Of a stretch of DNA of 64,000 bases, positions 24,101 through 34,000 are shown one piece after another. A program made the translations under genes and the position numbers. The first letter of the stretch is position 1. Each line of letters opens with the position of its first letter. The notes under the pieces are model-generated. The model saw only the letters and a list, made by a program, of their open reading frames with translations, searched no databases and was not told the origin of the DNA. This stretch comes from Cyanophora paradoxa CCMP329 (taxonomy: Eukaryota; Plantae; Glaucophyta), in contig QPMI01000449.1 of the NCBI GenBank assembly GCA_004431415.1, positions 62,001-126,000 of the forward strand, read 5' to 3'.

Positions 24101-27100
24101 ACTTGAACCGCGCGGCGCCCCGTCCGAAAGAGGGCTCGACATGCGCGGTGTTCGGCTCTGTGATGTACACTTTCGGGTGCGCCGTTGCTACCAGGCTGGG
24201 AAACGAGCTTGGGCTCTATATAGAGGATGACTGGTCCACGGCATCGCACACGGTACCAGTAACTTGCGCGGTACAGAGGCAATTGGAAAAGTCCCGCATT
24301 GGACGAATGGTTTAAGTATGATTCGATGATAGCGTGCGTGCTTGCAATCATTCACGCATTCACGCGAGTGCTCGCAATGACAACACAACTCGACGGCAGG
24401 ACGGTGGACTTGAGCGCTTCATCGCCGTCATGGGCGGCGGTGGCAACGCCGTCCAACGGGCCGGCGCCTCGTACCTACTCTTGGTGCGCTCGAGCTCGCT
24501 TTTCCGCCCCACCAGGCGCGCTTTGCCGTCTCGTTGAATTCCGGTTGCAGGAGCTGGGTGCGTAACGAATCAGATCCTTCACATACAGACGATTCCTCTC
24601 GCCCCTGCTGTTCTAATCTAACCTTTGTCGCCCGTCCAGACCGTTTCCTCCAGCGCGATGGTTTGCTCTTAGCCATTTCAATTACATGCACGGCTTGAGC
24701 CATTAATATTGAACCGCGCCTCCTCAGGTTGTCCTCCAAGGGATTCACAGCAACGGCAAAGTGGCGGATGCGCCGAGTACAGCCAATGCATGGGTGTTCC
24801 GCCCGAGTTCGTTCTCTCTCTTGTAATTATAATTTCATAATTGTTCATCACAGCTCATGATCAAGCCTGCTGTAAGCTTAAGCCCGCGCTCAGACTGCAT
24901 ACCGAAGGGGACGCATTGGGAGCGTCTGTCGACCGTCGCGGTTCCAAGTAGATGGCGTGCGTGGCTTTGGCGCCGCCGCTCCATTTCCGCAGCATTAACG
25001 CAACTCTGCTTGCATGCAGACGGCTCCGAGGGATACCTCGCCAATGTTGGAACCGCCGTCGTCTTCTCTTCGAATTCGGATCGCAACTTCTATTCTTCCA
25101 CAAGTCTGCTTTGCCCCAATGATCCTAACGTTTCATTTCTTTCCCTGAGCGGTATCATCCAGCTGTGATCGCGAGCGGGTGTCCCGGCGACCCAACTCCC
25201 AGCCCGTCACCGAGCCCGTCACCAAGCCCGAGCCCGTCGCCGAGCCCGAGTCCGAGCCCGTCGCCAAGCCCAAGCCCCTCGCCGAGCCCGACGCCCCCGA
25301 GCTCTGCTCAATCCAATACCGGCGCCGCGACTTCACCGACGCCCTCGAGCTCCCCAACGTCCTCGAGTAACAGCAACGGCAACGCTCAGCCCACTGCCGC
25401 GCCCTCCCCCTCTCCGTCGCCGTCCGGCTCCAGCACAGCGGTTCGCAATTCCCGACCCCCTTCCCGGCCCGTACGCATGCGGCCCGGCTCAAAGTCGACC
25501 GTGCGACACGGCACCGGCACCGGCAGGCGACATCGACGGTGCCCGTGGAATACGCGACGCTGGAGCTCACGTTCGCCACGTCGGCGTGCTCCGCCTTTGT
25601 CGCCTCGTTCAACGCAGAGGCCGTGCGCGCGCCCGTCTCTCCATCGATTTCGAGCCTGCGTCGGCGCCGCTCATGATCACCCGCTTGCACACGCGCGCGC
25701 AGTGGCTCTTCGAGCTTTTCGCAAAGTCCTTCCCTGCAAGGTCTCCCACGGAGCGCGCCGCCATTGCTCTGCAGGTGGCCTCGCCCGACCCCGCTCGCCA
25801 TGTCGACGTCGACTACCCGCATCTCTCAAATTAAACTCGCCTCGCCCCCACAGACCAACCTTGGGACGCTCCGCTGTGGCTCAGTTATCGTTCCCGTGAC
25901 CCTCATCAGGTGCTATAGCTACCTGCGCCCGGCGCCGCTTTGGCCGCGTCCGTTGACGTCGGCGGGACCCTCGGGCAGCCCCGCCTCCGGCTCCTTGCAA
26001 TTGAACGGCCGCGCCTACGAGGCCCTTTCCTTCCTCGTTAGCGGGATCCAGGCGCGCGCGCCGTTTCCCATGGCCCAGGCCGTCATGCCATGCACGCGCT
26101 GATGCGTGCCGTAAACCGCAGAACAACATCAAAGCGGGCACCACAATCGCGGGCCTGTCCGCCACATCGGTCATGCAGGTGCAACCGACGAAGATGTCGT
26201 GATCGCGATCTGCGAGGCCGAGGGCTTCAATCATGAAGGCTTAACGCCGGCTTTCGCGCAGATCGCCTCTGGAAGCGCTGAGGCTTCCGTCGGTGCGCGC
26301 CGCCAGCACACGCCCAGTCACCCCTCTACCTTCATCGCGCTGACGCCGTCGCCAACGCCGCGCGTGCAGACGCGAGCGGGAAGCTGACTTTCGTCGCGGC
26401 CTCCACGACTGTCATGGGCACGGGCACGGGCACGGGATCGACCACTCCCGCACCGTCGCCCTCGCCCTCGTCGGATTCGACGGTCATCATCGCTGCGGTG
26501 GTCGGCGGCGTCGGGGGCGCCCTCCTCCTCGGCGGCCTTCTGGCCTTCTACTTTGCCTACTGGCGCCGCCGCTCGCGGGCGTCGCCGAGGGCCGTGGCTC
26601 CGGATCCCGTGCGCACGGACCGGCCCTCGCGATCGACGCGGCCGAGTCCGAGCAACCGCGTACGCTCTGCAGCTGTTGAAGCCGGTCGCGGCCGCGGATC
26701 CGGAGGCGGTAAAAGTGGAACCTGCCGCGGCAAAGGTGGAGACGGCAAAGGCGGAGCCTGGAAAGGTTGCGGATCCGGGTCCGGCAAATATAAAGGTGGA
26801 CGTGGACGGTGGCGGCGGGAGCGCGCCCGTTTCACACGGCGTGGTGCGACGGACGGACACCGTGTCTTCCATGGAGGACGGCGCGTTCAGCGACAAAACC
26901 AAGCTGCCGAGCGCCGATAAGGAGTGGGACGCTTTCGTGGTGCGCCCCGGCCCGCCGCCCTCCACATTACCAGTAATATTTTTTCGATGGGCCCCGGGGC
27001 TTTTTCCTGTCGCCGAGTCGGCGTGTTATCGATATCGATGGGCCGAGCTCGAGCCTGTCAACAGCTGACGCTAGCGCGGCCCCCCGCGCGCAGTCGTACT

Positions 27101-28507
27101 CGCACAGAGACTCCGAGCGCGTCTTCGCGTACGTGGACATCCTCGCCAAGAAGGGCCTCAAGATCTGGCGCGCCCCAGCGTATCGCGCGGCTCGGCGCGG
27201 CCTGCCACGATCCCGCCATCGCTGACGCCCCGCCCCCGCGCGCAGGATCGACCGCGAGCTGGCGACCCAGACGGGCTCCCGCTGGATGGAAGTGATCGGG
27301 GTGCGCTTACGCGTGGCGTGCGGCGCCCCCATAAATTTTGAGATTGCAGACGCGCTTCGAATTCGCTGCTCTTGGCTGACGCTGGACCGCAGCAAGCGAT
27401 GGAGGCGAGCGAGGTCTTCATCTGCTTCATGAGCAGAGTGCGTATGATCATGAGCGCGCGGGGTCGCTATTGGGGCTGCGGCTTGCGCAGCGCTTCCTAC
27501 TGGTTTCTATGACCAACGCTTGTTATGATTAGAGTCTTCATTGACCTGTGTTTGTTTCGCGGCCCGCGCAGAACTACTTCGCCTCCCAGAACTGCGACGA
27601 CGAGCTCCAGGTACGATCGCGACGCTCCGAGGCTCGCGCTCGCCAGCGCGCGCCCCGCCGACCTGCCCTGTACCGGTACCGATGCCAATGCATATGGCCA
27701 ATCGCGCGCAGTACGCGCACCACATCCTGCGCATCTCCAAGTTCCCCGTCTTCATCGAGGACCCGGCCACAGTCGACCTCCGCACAGACCACAAGGCGCG
27801 AGCCGTCCCCGGCCCGCAGTCTAGATCTAGATTCTGTCCAATCTTGTCTGACGGCCACTGCAGATGATGCTGACGGTGATTGCTATCTCGCGGCGCAATT
27901 GCAAGATCTAGAGGCAGGGTTGGCGCTCCCGATCGCGAACTGACGCGAGCCGCGCCGCAGAGCGTGAACTGGACGGTGCAGCCGAAGGGTACCCGGGAGG
28001 CCATCACAGAGTCGTGCGAAAAGCTGGTGCGACCTCAAATTTCCTTCATGGCCTCTTTGGATTTTCGCGCTGCACTGACGGGCGCGCCCCGCTCTTCGGC
28101 AGTCTGTGGCCTTGGCGGGGCAGATCAAGGCCAACAGGGAGAAGCGCGCGCGCGAGGCGGCGGCAGCGGCCCTGTCGCCCACGCAGAACGCCCCCCCAAG
28201 GGTGATGCCGCCGCACGGCGCTGCCATGACGGAACTCGATGCGTCGCGTGCGCACGACCCGGCGCCGGCGCCGGCGGGCGTCGTCGGCCCCGACCTGCGG
28301 CCGCGGGACGCGCACTCGGGCTGGGCGGATCGCATCGAGCAGGACGAAGAGGCGGTGTCTCTCGGCACGGCGCGCACGCCGGCGCCGCGGGCCCCCGCGG
28401 CCGTGGGCCCCGACTCGGACCTGCATCGGCGGGACGCGCGCGAGGGCTGGGCGGATCGCATTCTGCAGGACGAGGAGGCGGTGCCTCTCGTGGAGCCGGA
28501 TATCTAG
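18192..28507 (+). CDS. Single-pass membrane receptor: signal peptide - 3x Cys-rich Kelch-like module - (Ser-Pro)n stalk - SEA-like GSVIV segment - TM - TIR domain (>40 exons)
   Basis: Signal-like ALLAIGLVLLCCRLQATAA|QS. Each module has Kelch-type motifs: LYVMGG/FYVMGG/VYMIGG, YYxGxLYxxLGxG and DLWKYxxxxQxWNY...APRPKEGxxCAxFGSVxYTWG. Then PSPSPS (25195-25300), RCGSVIVP (25872-25895) and TM VIIAAVVGGVGGALLLGGLLAFYFAYW followed by RRRSR. The TIR domain reads WDAFV|SYSHRD...GLKIW|IDRE...GSRWMEVIG|QAMEASEVFICFMSR|NYFASQNCDDELQ|YAH...FPVFIE. Stop TAG at 28505-28507; start uncertain (18090/18192/18198). Confidence 0.88.
25195..25300 (+). repeat. Coding (Ser-Pro)n repeat, extensin/HRGP-like stalk
   Basis: agcccg/tcgccg/tcaccg reiterations translate as PSPSPS... 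with synonymous codon variation, consistent with coding constraint. Confidence 0.85.
26925..27770 (+). other. TIR domain (TIR_2 type) of the receptor, split over 6 exons
   Basis: Box-1 DAFVSYS, the W-x-D strand, GxxW, hhhhS-xx-Y-xx-S-xx-C-xx-EL with Glu at 27602-27604, and PVF. Confidence 0.9.
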
Positions 28508-29183
28508 AGCGCCGGCCTCGGATTCTCGGGTGCATCCGGATTCTCGGCATTAAGATCATGAGGAACCGAGCTCGCGCTCGAGGCAGCCAGCGTGACCATA
28601 TGCATACCTTTCGCGTGCTCATTCGAACTTCGAAATGCTGAATATTGTCAAAGTTGTTCATTTTATAATTAGGGCATAGCCGCTAGGCTACTAGGCTACG
28701 TGATATACGTTAACGTTTATCGTAGTAACAGCCATCCTCCCGGCCTTTGATCATGAGTATCCGTGGTTTTGTTTCGTGTCTTAGGCCAGCCGCTCAGCAT
28801 TTCTTGTATCATAGTCGCGCAGTCGAAAGTCTGAACTGATGAGTGAATAGATCACGAATATTACTTTGATGGCCAAGACCCGAATGCCGCTGTTTGGCCC
28901 AGCTAATTGAGGAGAGAGCTCGAGGATTCAAAGGGCGGATCGGACGTCGACGACTCGAATTTAAATCGGGGGAAACTAATTATAACTTATAATTAGTGAA
29001 GTAGCTAGGGGGAGAATTCGAATGGACTCTGGTCGAGGCCTGGAGATCTAGAGCTCGAGGGGATCGAGCTATATGTACTGGGGGCCGGTATAGTGGCTCT
29101 AGGGAATAAATGATAACTTAACTTGAGGCGACATGCAATTTGCATTTGTTTTAGTTCCTCCATTGCGCAACAGCCTGAGCACC

Positions 29184-30728
29184 ATGCAGACGATCGCGCC
29201 CGCCCTGCTGCCTCGCGCGGCCCCCGAGGCGAAGCTGAGTGCCCGTCGTCCTTCGCTGCAGGGCGCGCCGCCGCCAGTCCCCGCGCGCCCGCACCCCCAC
29301 ACCTGCACGGCGCGCTCTGCGCGCGATATATACGCACCTCTGACTCGGGCCGGGTGGCGCCGGCGCGTACGCGTCAGTATGGGACAAGGCGGCGCTGATG
29401 TACGCGAGGCACATCGCGCCGGTCACGAGGGAGTTCTGCGCGGACGCCCTGCCCCTTTTGCTGAAGAAGATCGAGCTCGGCAGCATCGATCGGCCCCTGC
29501 GCGCCCTCGACGTCGGCGCAGGGACCGGCGCGATGACGTTCCTGCTCGCCGAGGCGCGCGTCAAATTCTGACGGCGCGCAAGGAGTATTAATGCGCGCTG
29601 GCTGAGGTTTTTGATTTCGCAGGCCGGCCATGAAGTGGTCGCGACCGACATCTCGCCCGCATTCCTCTCCCGGCTGCGCGAAAATCTCTCTAGCCTGCAG
29701 CCGGAGGTCCGTGAGCGCGTCACCGTCGCCGACGCTCGCGACGGGCAGGTGCGGCCCTGATCAAATTCGAAGCCGTAGAAAATTTGAATTCAAAGTTTAC
29801 GCAGGACCTGGGGCCCCTCGCAAATGGCCGCTTCGACGTCGCGTCCGCCGCGTTCGTGTGCATGCACTACGAGAACCGCGTGAAGGGCATCCGCGAGCTC
29901 CTTCGCGCGCTCCGCCCCGGCGGCGGCGCGCTCTTCCTTTCGTGGATCTCCACGATCCCGCCGCCTCTTCTGATCCCCGACGCGTTCCGGCGGGCCTTTC
30001 CGGACCGCGAGCTGCCGTTGGGCGGCCCGGGCGCGCCCGCGCCGCTCTCGATGGCGAGCGTCGAGCAGACGGAGCGCGAAATTCGCGCGGCGGGCTTCGA
30101 AGACCTCGAGGCGAGCGTTTTCGCACGGAAGGCGATTTTCGCAGCCTCAATTCTTTCCCTGCGAAATCGTCGTCGCAGACACGGGTCTTCAAGCGGGCGG
30201 CGTCGTTCGGAAGCCGGGGCCAACTTGTGGGGAACGGGCACGGGACCGTTGCAGCTGGCGCCACGGGGCAGGCCTGCAGCATGCTCCGCAACTGCCCAAC
30301 CTACACATTCGTACGTCCCGCACGATCAATGCAGTCTCACGATCATCTGTTTTAAACTGAATTCTAATTAAATCTATTAATTATAAAGAAATTAAACGAG
30401 TCTGAAGAAAGCGCCTGAGCGTGCGCATATGCATGCGTGCGCAGGTGGCGGAGTCGCTGGCGGGGCCGGACGAGGAGGAGCGCCTCTGGGCCGCCGTCTG
30501 CCAGGCGCGTTAAGCAGCAAACCATAATAAGCTATAAGAACTATAAGTTTATGTTATATATACTTCTTATCAAAATTCGATCGAGCTCGGAGTTTTGATT
30601 CGCACATTTTATGAGTTCGGCTCGATCAGGAGCTGGAGGGGCGGTACCCCGAGGGCCCCTTCGAGACGCCCCTCGACGTCACCTGCGTCACCGCCCGCCG
30701 CCCCCTCGAGCTCGAGCCCTCGGTCTAG
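29184..30728 (+). CDS. Class I SAM-dependent methyltransferase (Methyltransf_11/25-like)
   Basis: Motif I LRALDVGAGTGAMT, then VVATDISPAFL, motif II RFDVASAAF and motif III IRELLRALRPGGGALF. Last exon ELEGRYPEGPFETPLDVTCVTARRP...V*. Start approximate. Confidence 0.88.
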
Positions 30729-31071
30729 GTCTAGCCGCGAGCTCGAGGCCGTCCTTGAGCTTGAGCTTGACTGCTAGCTATAGGAAGGCAGCTGCCCCTG
30801 ACTCGGTTTCCGACCCCGCATTTAATTTCCGCTCCCCGCCGCCGTTCCCGAGATCCAGCTGCAGGTAGCCGCCCCGTCTCTCCAGTTGACCGTGAGGCAG
30901 CGTTGTCTTCGTTCACATGTAAATAAGTTACATAATGCATGTGCAGTTACGACTGCAAAGCATATATAAAGCACGGCATCTACAACAAGAGATATGCGTA
31001 CGAACGCGTCATAGTAATACACCTTTGGAGCCGGACATATTGCAGGAAGGTAAATTGGCTTTTGGATGCGA

Positions 31072-34000
31072 CTATAGCCAGTTGTAAGAGTCAGAATTAT
31101 CGAGGAGCCAATCCTGCGAGATTAAATGTTCAGCAGCCGCGGCAGCCCATGTAAACCAAAGGATAGCGTAAATAGCATAAAGGAAGGGCACCATGGCGTT
31201 CTTGCACTTGGCGAGGAAGGGCTCGTAGGCCTTCTCGCAGGTCACGGGCCCCGCCGCCCACAGCTTCTGCGCCCGCGACACCAGCGCCGCCCGCGCGTCC
31301 TGCCCAATCGAAGGCGGTCAGCCTCAAGCTTAGCTTCGCTCTTAAGCTTAAGCTTAAGCTTCGCTGCGCACGGGGAGGGACAGGTTGGGGCCCAGCTGCT
31401 CCAGGCGCCACGCGAGGCCGCGGAGGAACTCGTCGCGCGCGCCGGCGTCGTAGAGCAGCGGGCCCGCCCGCTCCGCCGCCCGCACTTCGTCGATCAGCGC
31501 GTTCAAGGCCTCCTGCGATCGCGACACGGAATGGAAATGAAGGCGGAAAACGCGAAGACAGAGAACAGGTGGAAGCGCAACGCACAGCGTCCTCTTTGCG
31601 TAAAGCGGAGGCAGACACGCGCATCGCCCCGTCCTGCGGCACGCGCGCGGCTCAGCTTGTGGAGAGACACGGAGCGCGCCGTGGCGCCGGTCGCGGCCGC
31701 ACCAGGATGCCCCAGCACTCGTGCAGGAACGCGCGGCACTCCTCCGCCGACGCCGGCCCCGCCGCCAGCCGCTCCGCCCGCGCGACGAAGTACGTGCACA
31801 CGTCCTAATAATATGCATACACAGCATCAGCGAAATTTCAAAGCGGAGAGGGGCCGAAGCGCACCGGGGCGGGGCCGGGGAGGTCTGCGAGCGCGAGCAT
31901 GTCGGCGACGTGGCGGACGTTGCGGTGGCGGGCCTCGGGGAGCCACACGCGGGCCGCCCACGCCCCGCCCCGCCGCACGTCCTCCAGCACCGCCGCCAGC
32001 GGCCGCGCCTCCGCCGCCCTGCCCGCCTCGAACCCGGGGTACAGCGTGCCGATCATCGTCGCCTGGAAGTGGCGAGGCGCGTGGGCGGAACCGCGATGTC
32101 AGCACAAGGACGCATCGATATCGCGCACCTCGGCGTCCGCGGCACGCTGCACGGCCCGCGTTGCCGCACGCAGCTCCTGCAAACGAGTTGCCGTTGAGAG
32201 GCGCAGACGTACGGAGAAGCCGTACTCTAGATCCGCATGCGCACCTCAAGCTGGCGCGAGGTCGGAGTGGGCGGCCGCCGGGGCACCTGCAGAGGCCGAG
32301 TCCGTGAGCCGCGCCAACCGATTGAAAAGAAACGCGTGCCTCGGGTGCCAGCGGGCGTGCCTCGGGCGCCGGCGTTGGCGGCGGAGACAGAGGCGATGGG
32401 GAGCGGCGGAGGGCGGCGCCGGCGGGCGGCGGGCTGAGCCGAAGCAGTAACTCCTGCGGCGCAAAGAGGAGTAAGGCTTTCAGGCGCGCCGTCCGACATC
32501 GCAGCGCTGCGTTTGCGGACGGAGGCAATTGCGAGGGCCCACCTCCGGCTTCGGGTCGGGAGTGGGCGAGCGCCGCGGAGGGGGGATGAAGTCGGCGGGC
32601 GCCAGGGGCTGCCGGGCAGCGGTTCGGCATGAGCGGCGCGATCGGTCGCGCACTCGCGAAGGCGGGTATGTAGGACGGAAGGCGGTCTAAAACTAAGTAT
32701 GTGCATGCGAAATGCTGAGCGAAAGCGGCGGCGAGCCGCGGACCCGCAGAGTGAACTCCTTCGAATTCGAAGCCGTCTCCTCCTCCTTCTCCTCCTCCTC
32801 CTCCTCGAGGAAGGACGACGGCTCCGCGGCGACGGGCGCCTCCGGCTCCGGTTCGACCTGCAGCCGTGTTGTTTAGACGGAACAGACCCGGCAGCTCGCA
32901 GCTCGCAGCGGAGTCTGCACGCGCAGGACGCACCGTCGGCGGCGCTGCAGCGACGGGAAGGGCGACGGATCCTTCCAGAAGGCACGCCTGGACGTCGCGT
33001 GTGAGGCGGAGCGCGTACGGATCTAGAACTGTAAAGAGCGAGGCAGGGCGGAGGGCACCATGGCGTTGGTGCACTTGGCCAGGAAGGGCTCGTAGGCCTT
33101 CTCGCAGGTCACGGGCCCCGCCGCCCACAGCTTCTGCGCCCGCGACACCAGCGCCGCCCGCACGTCCTGCCCAATCGAAGGAGTTCAGCATTGAGCTTGG
33201 GCGCCACTTGTACAATCATTGAATGTTCGCGTGAGCGAAATTTAAACTGCGTAGCCGCGCACCGGAAGGGGAAGGTTCGGGGCGAGGTCGGAGAGGCGCT
33301 GCGCGAGGCCGAGGAGGACCGCCTCCCGAGCGCCCGGCTCCTGCAGCGCCGACGGGCTCCGCGCTGCCCGCCGCACTTCGTCGATCAGAGCGTTCAACGC
33401 CTTCTGCGACGACGCGCGCAGAAATCGGACACGACGCAAATAAGGATCTAGAGAGACACGGCGACATTGGCACACGGCGTCCTCTTTGCGCAGGACGGGC
33501 CCAGCGACGCGCATCGCCCCGTCCTGCGAGACGCGAGCGGCTCAGCTCGCGCAGGAACACGGAGTGTGCCGCGCAGCCGCCCGCACCAGAATGCCCCAGC
33601 ACTCGTGCAGGAACGCGCGGCACTCCTCCGCCGACGCCGGCCCCACCGCAAGCCGCTCCGCCCGCGCGACGAAGTACGTGCAAACGTCCTAACCACACAC
33701 AACGTCGGCGAAACTTCACAGCGGGGAGGAGGCGAGGCGGACCGGGGCGGGGCCGGGGAGGTCGGCAAGCGCGAGCATGTCGGCGACGTGGCGGACGTTG
33801 CGGTGGCGGGCCTCGGGGAGCCACACGCGCGCCGCCCACGCCCCGCCCCGCCGCACGTCCTCCAGCACCGCCGCCAGCGGCCGCGCCTCCGCCGCCCTGC
33901 CCGCCTCGAACCCGGGGTACAGCGTCCCGATCATCGTCGGCTGCACGGCGCGATGTTACTCCCGCGCGAGGCGGAGGCCGGGTCCTGGCCTCACCTGCAA

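Noticed and set aside
28836-28860. Hammerhead-like core CTGATGA-GTGA-ataga-TCAC-GAA
   Set aside because: It reads GAAT rather than GAAA, and no stems I and III or cleavage triplet could be paired.
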